Made by a program: the position numbers and the translations under genes. Below, in pieces: positions 31,901 to 40,836 of a stretch of DNA of 64,000 bases (position 1 is its first letter; each line of letters begins with the position of its first letter). Under the pieces are notes generated by a model, which saw nothing but the letters and a program-made list of their open reading frames with translations, was not told where the DNA came from and searched no databases. Source of the stretch: Gammaproteobacteria bacterium (GTDB lineage Bacteria; Pseudomonadota; Gammaproteobacteria; GCA-001735895); contig JBNKUM010000101.1 of assembly GCA_050298595.1 (NCBI GenBank), positions 96,001 through 160,000 of the forward strand, written 5' to 3'.

Positions 31901-32935
31901 ATGAGCAATTCATTCTCTGGTGGTGAAACACCTGAAAAAGCAGCCGAATATTTCAGGCTGTCACTGTCAAAACTGGGCGAACTTAAATGGCCATTAACTG
32001 CTATAAACTATTCTCTTATCTATAATTACTTCGCAGGTGAAACAGTCGCTCTAAATGAAGAGCTTGATGGCTTAATCGCTAGAAATACCCCACTTACCTC
32101 AGATCTCGCAGAAAAATTATTCACCCAGTTCATTTGCAATTGCAGAGAAGTTGTAAATGAAGATTTGCATGCTGAAATTATGAACACCCTCTCTAGTGTT
32201 TTGGGGGCGTTTGTTGATTTGGCGGGGCGTACTGCTCAGTCAAATTCATTTCTTCAGGGGCATATTGAAAAACTGGAAGCAGCTTCTGAACCTGCTGAGG
32301 TATTGAAAATCGCTTCTGAAATTATTCGTGAAACCACTAGTTTTATGGATGCTACTCAATCGTTTGAAGAAAGTTTACGCGATACGACTAGTGAAATTGA
32401 TCAGTTAAAAAGTGAACTCGATAAAGCCAGACAGCAGGCATTTAATGATGCTCTGACTGGATTAACGAATCGTCGTGGATTTGATAATGCGCTAGAGGAA
32501 TTCATCAGTGAAGCCATGGAGAATGGCTCTCCAATGTGCTTATTATTCATTGATATTGACCATTTTAAGAATATAAATGATACCCATGGACATCTGGTAG
32601 GAGATAAGGTTTTACGAGGACTTTCAAAATTACTGGTCAATCAAATGCGCGGTAATGATGTTTTATCTCGCTATGGCGGTGAAGAGTTTGCTGTAATACT
32701 GCCTAATACTCCGATAACTGGAGCGTTTACGGTAGCTGAAAACCTGAGGTTATCTGCCCAAAAGCTTCGGTTAACTCACGTAAAAACAGGGGCTAGACTC
32801 ACTGACATCACCATTTCAACAGGTGTAGCCTGCTATCGTAAGGGAGAAAGCACTGAAGATTTCATCAATCGATGCGATAAAGCGTTATATCATGCCAAGC
32901 ACCTGGGAAGAAACAAAACCGTGACTGCGGAATAA
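31901..32935 (+). CDS. Cytoplasmic diguanylate cyclase
   Basis: DALTGL, DIDHFK, RGND I-site, GGEEF. Confidence 0.95.
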   Translation: MSNSFSGGETPEKAAEYFRLSLSKLGELKWPLTAINYSLIYNYFAGETVALNEELDGLIARNTPLTSDLAEKLFTQFICNCREVVNEDLHAEIMNTLSSVLGAFVDLAGRTAQSNSFLQGHIEKLEAASEPAEVLKIASEIIRETTSFMDATQSFEESLRDTTSEIDQLKSELDKARQQAFNDALTGLTNRRGFDNALEEFISEAMENGSPMCLLFIDIDHFKNINDTHGHLVGDKVLRGLSKLLVNQMRGNDVLSRYGGEEFAVILPNTPITGAFTVAENLRLSAQKLRLTHVKTGARLTDITISTGVACYRKGESTEDFINRCDKALYHAKHLGRNKTVTAE

Positions 32936-32952
32936 TATTCCTGAATATGTTC

Positions 32953-33141
32953 AGGGCATCTCTGATCAATCATGTTATGTCTCTGTAAGGTCTGAAGCAT
33001 ACAGATCCAGGTTGCTTTTCGCAGATAAAGGTTGCTCTTTTTACAGCTTCTTGCCAGGCAGACGCATGCCTGCTAAGTTGTGCCTTGATTGTGCTTCAGT
33101 CTGTGAGCTAGAGATACAACATAATTGATCAGAGGAGCCCT
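32953..33141. mobile_element. MITE, 189 bp with ~32-bp terminal inverted repeats
   Basis: agggcatctctgatcaatcatgttatgtctct / agagatacaacataattgatcagaggagccct. Confidence 0.85.
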
Positions 33142-33143
33142 AG

Positions 33144-34979
33144 ATGGTTCAGAAAATCCTGTTCCCCTCAATTTTCATAGTTTTAGGCTGGGGGTTTTGG
33201 GTCAGTCCTGACTTTAAAGTTATTAGCGCCGGCGTCGCAATCTTTCTTTTTGGTATGCTTTCGCTAGAAAATGGATTTAAGGTGTTTACTGGAGGCACTC
33301 TCGATAGAATCCTCAAAAAATCCACCGATAAACGCTGGAAGAGCCTTACTTTCGGCGTAATTTCTACCAGCATTATGCAATCCAGTTCGCTGGTTTCAGT
33401 GATTACTATCTCTTTCCTCAGTGCCGGTTTACTTGGGCTTTCCGAGGGTATTGGTATCATTTTCGGTGCCAATCTTGGTACGACTACCGGCGCGTGGCTG
33501 GTCGCTGGATTTGGACTTAAGGTAAATATTTCTGCTTACGCCATGCCGATGTTGGTATTCGGTACCTTATTGATTTTTCAAAAATCAAATACGATGAAGG
33601 GAATAGGGTATGTATTGGCGGGGCTGGGTTTTTTATTTTTAGGCATCCATTATATGAAAGAAGGTTTTGATGCCTTCAAGAATACGCTCGATCTCACTCA
33701 ATTTGCGGTTAGTGGATTTTTAGGTCTATTGCTCTATACATTGATTGGTACGGCAGCTACAGTGATTATGCAATCGAGCCATGCCACACTGGTTCTTACC
33801 ATAACCGCATTATCCATCGGTCAGATTAGTTACGAGAATGCACTTGCTCTGGCGATAGGGGCGAATGTCGGCACAACTATTACCGCTATTATTGGATCTT
33901 TAAGTTCCAACGAAGAGGGGCGGCGTTTAGCAGGAGCACATCTGGTGTTTAACCTGGTAACCGGTTTGATTGCGATTTCCTTTTTACGACAATTGCTCTG
34001 GCTTGTTGACTGGATTAGTCAAAATCTGGGGATAAGCAACGATGATTACACATTAAAACTGGCCGTATTCCATACCTTATTCAATCTGGTCGGCATTGTT
34101 GTCATGCTACCGTTTCTTGATCGTTTGGTCGTTATGTTAAATCGCATCATTCCGACTCCCGCCCCAGCCCGCTTAAAAGCGCGCTTTTTACACGATTCTA
34201 CCATTGCCTATGCCGATACAGCGACCGAAGCTGTGCGCAATGAAACTTTTCATATGTGGGAGAACACGCTAGATGTCATTGCCCATGGTCTGCGCCTGCC
34301 ACTGGATAAGATTCTGGATACCAATATTGAAATCAGCTCTCTGGTGCATGACTTACCGGTACGTAAGGAGGTTGATATGGACCGCTATTACGACCTTAAT
34401 ATCAAAGGGCTTTACAGCGACATCATCGCTTATATTAGCCGGGCGAGTTTTAGCTGGGAAATGGAACAGTCAGGCGAGATACATTGGTTACGCAGGGCTA
34501 ATCAGGATATGGTCGACGCCATTAAGGATATTAAGCACTTACAAAAAAATCTTTTGCGCTACGCTAGTTCTCAGAATTCTGTCATAAAAACACAATATGA
34601 CAAACTTAGAGTTCAGATTGCTACCTTATTACGTGAACTCGAATCCATACATCGTGCAGAAACCACTGATCTACCATCGTTAATGATAGATCAGTTAAAG
34701 CTGGATTCAGACAGTAGATACTCAGAGCAAAGCCTTCAGATCAATCAATTTATACGTGAGCGCAAAATCTCTGCGGAAGTAGCAACCTCTCTGATGAACG
34801 ATCAGGCTTATGTATACAATGTTTCACGTAAATTAATTGAGATGGGGCAAACGTTATTCGTTAAGCAGAACAAAGATCTCAGTAGTGCTGAGAAAATTGT
34901 TCAACTTGATGATAATGAGCTAAGGGAAATTCACGATTTTCATCACGAAGAAAATGAGGCTAATTCAAATGGGAAGTAA
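33144..34979 (+). CDS. Na+/Pi cotransporter family protein
   Basis: Duplicated QSSS/QSSH and GANLGTT/GANVGTT motifs; helical PhoU-like tail. Confidence 0.92.
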   Translation: MVQKILFPSIFIVLGWGFWVSPDFKVISAGVAIFLFGMLSLENGFKVFTGGTLDRILKKSTDKRWKSLTFGVISTSIMQSSSLVSVITISFLSAGLLGLSEGIGIIFGANLGTTTGAWLVAGFGLKVNISAYAMPMLVFGTLLIFQKSNTMKGIGYVLAGLGFLFLGIHYMKEGFDAFKNTLDLTQFAVSGFLGLLLYTLIGTAATVIMQSSHATLVLTITALSIGQISYENALALAIGANVGTTITAIIGSLSSNEEGRRLAGAHLVFNLVTGLIAISFLRQLLWLVDWISQNLGISNDDYTLKLAVFHTLFNLVGIVVMLPFLDRLVVMLNRIIPTPAPARLKARFLHDSTIAYADTATEAVRNETFHMWENTLDVIAHGLRLPLDKILDTNIEISSLVHDLPVRKEVDMDRYYDLNIKGLYSDIIAYISRASFSWEMEQSGEIHWLRRANQDMVDAIKDIKHLQKNLLRYASSQNSVIKTQYDKLRVQIATLLRELESIHRAETTDLPSLMIDQLKLDSDSRYSEQSLQINQFIRERKISAEVATSLMNDQAYVYNVSRKLIEMGQTLFVKQNKDLSSAEKIVQLDDNELREIHDFHHEENEANSNGK

Positions 34980-35220
34980 GAAACTACTTAAAAAACTTGG
35001 CGATTTTTTTAACCTTGATACGAGAGACAGACAGAAACGTAAGGATGAGTTGAATGAGCTACTGGCGCGCTTAAAGAGTAAGGAAGAAGAACTCAAAACG
35101 GAGCGTGAGCTGGAGACTGATGAAACTCAAATACGCCAACTGGATAAAAAAATTGATCTGGTACATAGCCAGCGAAAGAAAGGTATTTCCGTGTTAAAAG
35201 AGATTAATAACGAAGTCTGA
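34969..35220 (+). CDS. Small coiled-coil hypothetical protein
   Basis: Charged helical ORF overlapping the transporter stop; ATG 34969 or 34954. Confidence 0.65.
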   Translation: MGSKKLLKKLGDFFNLDTRDRQKRKDELNELLARLKSKEEELKTERELETDETQIRQLDKKIDLVHSQRKKGISVLKEINNEV

Positions 35221-35344
35221 GCTGGTTTTTCCGATTTCTATTTGCCAAAAACTGCAGCAAAATTTCATTTTCACTCCTTCTGCGCTATCTTTAATGCTGA
35301 ATTCATAAACCTGGATCAAACAGGGGGGTTCAGGATCTGCCACT

Positions 35345-36841
35345 ATGTTCTCATTCAGTAAAACCTACAGTGATGGTGAGAATAGCTATCGTCTGATCAG
35401 TGCCTTATTTTTAAGGTTACTGGCAGTTATCTATTTCATCGCCTTCTTTTCCTTAGCACCACAAATAACCGGCCTGGTTGGTGAGCATGGGATACTTCCA
35501 CTTAGTCCCTGGCTTGATTTCTTACTTGTTGATCTAGGATGGTCAGCGTTCCTTCATTTTCCCATGCTGTTCTGGCTGGATCAGAGCGATCTGTTTTTAC
35601 AATCTATTGCCTGGGCAGGCTGTGCACTTTCATTTTTACTGTTATTTAATTTATGGCCACGCAGTACCCTGATTATTTTATTTCTGTTTTACCTTTCCCT
35701 GGTTAAAGCAGGGCAAACCTTCATGAACTTTCAGTGGGATGGATTATTACTGGAGGCAGGCTTTCTAGCGATTTTTTTACGTCCGGATTCTAGAATTATG
35801 ATTTTTCTGTTTCGCTGGCTGTTATTTCGCCTGCGATTTATGTCGGGGATTTCAAAGTTGGTGATGAATGATCCTTCCTGGTTGGGAATGACAGCATTAC
35901 TGTATTACTTCGAAACCCAGCCTTTACCTCATGTTGGTGCCTGGTATTTTCACAACTTGCCCGAGATTGTTTTAATAACCGCTACTGTAGCGGTTTTGAT
36001 CATAGAAATCGTATTACCTTTTATGATGTTTATGCCCAGGCGATATCGCTTTATTGCAGCCTGGATTACGTTGGGATTACAGCTGCTCATCCTGCTTTCC
36101 AGTAATCACAACTGGTTTAACCTGTTGAGTATTATGCTTTGCCTGTTTTTATTCGACGACAAAGCTATTTCAAGAATTCTACCCCATTCCTTGCAAAGTT
36201 GGTTACTCAATGGCTGGAAGTGGCGTTTGAAACGGCCGATTTCGACATTAAGCGCCAGCTTTAAGAATCTCCTGGCTGTGATTATTGTAGTTGCTGGGGT
36301 GTTGAATACAGCAAGAATGTCATTCGCTACTCAGTTTGGAGTATTCACTTACGATGCGCTTGATCTGCTGCAACAATGGCAAATCGTCAGTACCTATCAC
36401 GTGTTTCCCACCATGACCAGGCGCCAGCTAGAACTAAAGATAGAAGGTTCGATAGATGGGCAGCATTGGAAGGAATATAAGTTTATCTATCGGCCCGATG
36501 ATCTTGATAAAAGACCTGACATCATAATTCCACATCATCCACGGCTAGACTGGATGATGTGGTTTGTGACCCTGCATCCGCGCTTTATACCCTGGTTTGA
36601 TGCTTTTCTAAGCGGTTTACTGGAGAATTCTCCTACGGTTACCGGGTTACTTAAAACTAACCCATTTGCCGATCAGGCACCAGAAATGCTACGTGTTAAA
36701 GTCTGGCATTATCAGTTCACCACCCCAGAAGAACGCGAAAAAACGGGTAACTGGTGGAAACGAAGTTATCTGGGACTGTTTACACCTTTACCGGGGAAGT
36801 ACAAAATTGGTTCAAGAGATATTGGAAAAAAAAGGATGTAA
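35345..36841 (+). CDS. Lipase maturation factor family membrane protein
   Basis: FQWDGLLLEAGF, YYFETQPLP, PHHPRLDWMMWF. Confidence 0.92.
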   Translation: MFSFSKTYSDGENSYRLISALFLRLLAVIYFIAFFSLAPQITGLVGEHGILPLSPWLDFLLVDLGWSAFLHFPMLFWLDQSDLFLQSIAWAGCALSFLLLFNLWPRSTLIILFLFYLSLVKAGQTFMNFQWDGLLLEAGFLAIFLRPDSRIMIFLFRWLLFRLRFMSGISKLVMNDPSWLGMTALLYYFETQPLPHVGAWYFHNLPEIVLITATVAVLIIEIVLPFMMFMPRRYRFIAAWITLGLQLLILLSSNHNWFNLLSIMLCLFLFDDKAISRILPHSLQSWLLNGWKWRLKRPISTLSASFKNLLAVIIVVAGVLNTARMSFATQFGVFTYDALDLLQQWQIVSTYHVFPTMTRRQLELKIEGSIDGQHWKEYKFIYRPDDLDKRPDIIIPHHPRLDWMMWFVTLHPRFIPWFDAFLSGLLENSPTVTGLLKTNPFADQAPEMLRVKVWHYQFTTPEEREKTGNWWKRSYLGLFTPLPGKYKIGSRDIGKKRM

Positions 36842-36845
36842 AGCG

Positions 36846-37190
36846 ATGAAAAAAATTTGGCCGTTAGTCTGTTTAATATTTTTGCTGGAAGGCTGTAGTT
36901 ATGCGGACGTTGTTATCACGGGGCCTGTGTCCGATGAAATCGACTCTGCAAAAGTTACCGTCTATTATGACAAATTACCACAGTGCGACATCACCACAGT
37001 TGCATATATCCGAGTGCCGGGTGATTTTTTAAACCGACAGAGCTTGATCAATGCATTTAAGCAAAAAGCTTCTCAGCTGGGCGCTACTGCCGTCCAGGTT
37101 ATAGATATACAAAAAACTGGGGCCTCCAGCTTTAATGGCTCTGCTCGCGCAATACAATGCGCGTCGAGTCAAACTATGGATTCAGATTAA
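36846..37190 (+). CDS. Putative lipoprotein
   Basis: MKKIWPLVCLIFLLEGC lipobox; KQKASQLGATAV motif; start 36846 rather than 36666. Confidence 0.75.
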   Translation: MKKIWPLVCLIFLLEGCSYADVVITGPVSDEIDSAKVTVYYDKLPQCDITTVAYIRVPGDFLNRQSLINAFKQKASQLGATAVQVIDIQKTGASSFNGSARAIQCASSQTMDSD

Positions 37191-37192
37191 TA

Positions 37193-37315
37193 TCAGTCTG
37201 AATTCAGATCTTCTTTAGTGTCGTCGTCATCCTTGTTTTCTTCGCTGTTGTCATCAGCATCTAATATTCTTTCCTTATCTTCATCGGTTAAAATGACTGT
37301 ATCATCCTCTGCCAT
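37193..37315 (-). CDS. 40-aa highly acidic small protein (not in ORF track)
   Basis: MAEDDTVILTDEDKERILDADDNSEENKDDDDTKEDLNSD; agagg RBS; 16 nt after the upstream gene stop. Confidence 0.6.
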   Translation of the reverse strand: MAEDDTVILTDEDKERILDADDNSEENKDDDDTKEDLNSD

Positions 37316-37331
37316 AACTACACCTCTTGTT

Positions 37332-38495
37332 TTATTTGCCGGGCCAGTAATCTGTGGCAATTGCCTGACCCAAATCGGCCTTTATCAGTCGTTTACGAAC
37401 CTTTTGTAGATGGTCTATCAACTGTGGTTCGGTTTTTTCGTAAGCGTCTGCGTCAGGAGATCGTTTTACTACAACCCCGAGCAATTCGGTTATCGCATTG
37501 CCTATAGAGTTCTGGCTAATGGTCACAATCCAGCTTCCGGAGTCATTCCTATATATTAGTTGTTTAAACGCAGGTTGCCAGCGAATTGCATTGGCATATT
37601 TTGCATCTTTTACACATTGCTCTCGTACAATCTTGGCTGTGCTTAAAAAGTCGTTGTTAAACAGTAGCTTATCTGTCACCTGTTGTGGGAAATAAACATC
37701 TTTGGGTATAGGTGCATTGCGAGTAGAAACCTGAGTGAAAAAGGTTCGATAAAAATCGATGAAACCCTGAAGCAGTAAATCATATTCACGCCAGAACTGT
37801 ACCTGTTGAAGGCTATCGATACCGCCACTTATTTCCCAGCATGGCAGTCCCTGGGGGTAACCAGTAAGCTTGATTTGAGATTGTTCGCTGCTGGCCGGTT
37901 TGAGGATTTCCAAATCCAGCGTATCAAAAAAAGCTCGGTAAACATCACGCATAAAGCTCTGGAACAGGCTGTGCTGTCCGCCATCGGTGAGGTTTGGGTT
38001 ATCGGGATCAGCAAGCGGTGCTTCGTGTAGCTGCTGCTTATCGAACACAATAAAATGATTATGCAGCATGCGAATGCTTGGAACACCCGGTGATGTCATT
38101 GGCCAGGTAGCATCCAGACTGGCTTCTCCACACAGGATCAAATGTTTTTGGGGATCAGGAAAAACTTCATGCATATAATCGATCAGAATCTGATTCATCC
38201 GATTCCATACGTTACGTACATTTTCTGGTACCTGTGTACGCCTTACCGGGCGACCCAGTGGATCTAGAATTATCTGTGACGTGTTGTAGATAATCGAGGT
38301 ATCGAAAATATTGGAGTGTCCCAAAGCTTTTCGATACATTAACAGGTTTTCCGCATTCTGCAGCAATCCGTTATTGTTGACCAGATCGTTGAGGTTTTCA
38401 GTGCTGTTGAAAAATTCGTTTGGCTTCATACCCTCGGGTACGTCCAGTGGAATAGGGCGAAAAGGGGTACTGATTTCTCGGGGGCCGATCTGCAT
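37332..38495 (-). CDS. Hypothetical protein with HxH (LHNHF) motif
   Basis: 387-aa ORF with ggag RBS; no family recognised with certainty. Confidence 0.8.
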   Translation of the reverse strand: MQIGPREISTPFRPIPLDVPEGMKPNEFFNSTENLNDLVNNNGLLQNAENLLMYRKALGHSNIFDTSIIYNTSQIILDPLGRPVRRTQVPENVRNVWNRMNQILIDYMHEVFPDPQKHLILCGEASLDATWPMTSPGVPSIRMLHNHFIVFDKQQLHEAPLADPDNPNLTDGGQHSLFQSFMRDVYRAFFDTLDLEILKPASSEQSQIKLTGYPQGLPCWEISGGIDSLQQVQFWREYDLLLQGFIDFYRTFFTQVSTRNAPIPKDVYFPQQVTDKLLFNNDFLSTAKIVREQCVKDAKYANAIRWQPAFKQLIYRNDSGSWIVTISQNSIGNAITELLGVVVKRSPDADAYEKTEPQLIDHLQKVRKRLIKADLGQAIATDYWPGK

Positions 38496-38586
38496 TTATA
38501 ACTTGCTCCGGTAAATAGAAGCGGACTAGGATACCGCAATTCAAACTCTCTGGGACTTCAAAAAAATTTAGCATGCTATTGATCAA

Positions 38587-39444
38587 ATGAATCTATCCAA
38601 TAACAGCAAAGGAATTTCGCTTGCTTTACTGGGCATTATCACATTAAGCCCAGATAGCCTGTTGATTCGTTTGATTGATACCGATATATGGACTACTACT
38701 TTTCTTCGCAGTTTATTTGTTGGACTTTCTTTGCTGGTGTTTATGCTCGTCTTCTATCGAGGTGAGACGTTGCGGCAGTTTAAACAAATGGATCGCTATG
38801 CTTTATTAACCATTGTATTTATAGCCGGTACTAATTTCTTTTTTATAGCTTCTATACAAAGTACAAGCGTTGCACACACTCTGATAATCGTGGGTGCCGC
38901 GCCAGTAGTGGCTGCTATCCTTGGTCTGGTTTTTATTCACGAAAAAGTCACTCGGCAAACCTGGATTACTATTGTTGTCGTCATTATCAGTCTGATTTTT
39001 GTTGTATACGACAACCAGAAAAGTACTTTGACAGGAGACCTGTATGCCCTGGTCGTGCTTTTTTTGTGGTCTAGCGTATTCATTTTTGGCAGACTTACCA
39101 CTACAAGTAATATGCTTGGCGCTATGTGTATCAGTGGTTTTATCAGCGCTAGCTGGTCCTATCCATTGGCGAATTTATCAGGTCTTGCCACTCATCAGTT
39201 TGGGCTTAGCTTATTGCTTGGTTGTCTGGTCGGTGCAGCCTTATCACAAATTACCCTGGCTCCTCGATTCATCCCAGCTGCAGAGGTAGCGGTTTTTATG
39301 CCACTGGAAACCGTGTTTGGTAGCTTGCTGGTATGGTGGGTTCTAGGTGAATATCCTGGCTTACTTTCTTTTTTTGCCGGTAGCATTATGGTATTGGCAA
39401 TTATGTTGAGCAGTTACGTTCAGATAAAACACTCAACTTCTTGA
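38587..39444 (+). CDS. DMT/EamA family transporter
   Basis: ~10 TM; LSPDSLLIRL, PAAEVA..PLETVFG. Confidence 0.9.
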   Translation: MNLSNNSKGISLALLGIITLSPDSLLIRLIDTDIWTTTFLRSLFVGLSLLVFMLVFYRGETLRQFKQMDRYALLTIVFIAGTNFFFIASIQSTSVAHTLIIVGAAPVVAAILGLVFIHEKVTRQTWITIVVVIISLIFVVYDNQKSTLTGDLYALVVLFLWSSVFIFGRLTTTSNMLGAMCISGFISASWSYPLANLSGLATHQFGLSLLLGCLVGAALSQITLAPRFIPAAEVAVFMPLETVFGSLLVWWVLGEYPGLLSFFAGSIMVLAIMLSSYVQIKHSTS

Positions 39445-39494
39445 AGTTTAAAGCACGTGATATAGTCCAAAGCCTCAGCTAAAGGAAATTCCTC

Positions 39495-40091
39495 ATGAAA
39501 TCAACAGATGATGTATTTATTAATTCGGTCAGGCAGTGGTTTGAAAAAGCTGTGCTGGGGCTGAATCTGTGTCCTTTTGCCTTTCGTCCTTATAAGCAGG
39601 GGACGATTCATTTTGAGTTGAGTCATGCAGTGGATGATGAAACTTGTCTCACTGATGTGCATGACCAGCTGTCAAAAATGGAAAAGGATGAGTCGATTGA
39701 AACAATGATATTAATCATTCCTCATCACCTGACTCACTTTGATGATTATAACCAGTTTATGGCTTTGGCAGAACTTTTACTCGAACAACAAGGTTGGGAA
39801 GGTGTGTTCCAGATAGCCAGTTTTCATCCTGACTATTGCTTTGAAGGAGCCGAGCCAGATGATCGTGCTAACTGGACCAATCGCTCTCCATTTCCATTGC
39901 TACATCTCATTAGAGAGCAGTCGATATCCGATGTGATTGACGCTAATGCGAATGTAGAGCAGGTGCCTCATACCAATATTAAAAAACTAAATTCTCTGGA
40001 TGATGCAGCCATGCGCGAGATATTTGGTCGACGTTTTGAAGATTCAGTATCCAGAGTATCTAACCCTGAAGGTAAAAAAATACCGGAATAA
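39495..40091 (+). CDS. DUF1415 family protein
   Basis: VLGLNLCPFA, QIASFHPDY, TNRSPFP.LHLIRE. Confidence 0.9.
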   Translation: MKSTDDVFINSVRQWFEKAVLGLNLCPFAFRPYKQGTIHFELSHAVDDETCLTDVHDQLSKMEKDESIETMILIIPHHLTHFDDYNQFMALAELLLEQQGWEGVFQIASFHPDYCFEGAEPDDRANWTNRSPFPLLHLIREQSISDVIDANANVEQVPHTNIKKLNSLDDAAMREIFGRRFEDSVSRVSNPEGKKIPE

Positions 40092-40206
40092 ATCCAGTAT
40101 TTTCCCAGCTATTCAAAAGGTGATCAGATTCGGTGAGTCGAGTGGCGCTGTCCTGGGCAGGGTCTTTTTCTTTTACTTCAGGTTGTTTTTTTGATTCCTG
40201 TGTCAT
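40060..40206 (-). CDS. Possible 48-aa small protein
   Basis: MTQESKKQPEVKEKDPAQDSATRLTESDHLLNSWENTGFIPVFFYLQG; overlaps the 3' end of the DUF1415 gene; weak RBS. Confidence 0.35.
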   Translation of the reverse strand: MTQESKKQPEVKEKDPAQDSATRLTESDHLLNSWENTGFIPVFFYLQG

Positions 40207-40323
40207 GATTATGTCCGCCTGTTAATTATAACATCTAGATATTCGCATGTACTAATATGCTAACTCAATGGCTGTGATTGTAGAACAATAAAGGGATAGG
40301 GTAGAATCAGCAAAATTTTTGGG

Positions 40324-40749
40324 ATGTCATTAGCTATGAAATTTTCCTTATCCAGTTTCGGTTTACGCTTTCTGTTTTCAGCCATTTTGTTGTTTACAAC
40401 CTATAACCCGGAAGGCTATTCCTACTTTCACTGGGTGAAAGAGGTCTTTCCTTCTGTATCCATTGAACAGGCATTTGTTGGCGTCGTACTTATCATTGGC
40501 TACGTCATTTACCTTCGTGCAACCTTACGCTCGCTAGGTGTCATCGGTTTAGCGCTGGCTTTTGCTTTTTTTGGTCTGTTAGTGGGTATGTTATTCAAAT
40601 GGGGCTGGATTAGTCTCGATGGTCAAAAAATGCTGTCTTATGTAGTAGAAATACTGCTTGCCGTGATACTCGCGGTAGGTATGTCCTGGTCACATATTCG
40701 TCGCCGTTTGTCGGGGCAGGCGGATATGGATGACGTCGATGAAAGCTAA
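40324..40749 (+). CDS. DUF6524-like membrane protein
   Basis: TYNPEGYSYFHW, ATLRSLG, GMSWSHIRRRLSGQ.D.DD. Confidence 0.75.
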   Translation: MSLAMKFSLSSFGLRFLFSAILLFTTYNPEGYSYFHWVKEVFPSVSIEQAFVGVVLIIGYVIYLRATLRSLGVIGLALAFAFFGLLVGMLFKWGWISLDGQKMLSYVVEILLAVILAVGMSWSHIRRRLSGQADMDDVDES

Positions 40750-40836
40750 TCTGGCCCCTAATTATACTGGCACCTTGTAAAATTGATAATTTACTTCTAG
40801 AATCAGTTGTAACTTAATGAAAATATAAGAAATCTT

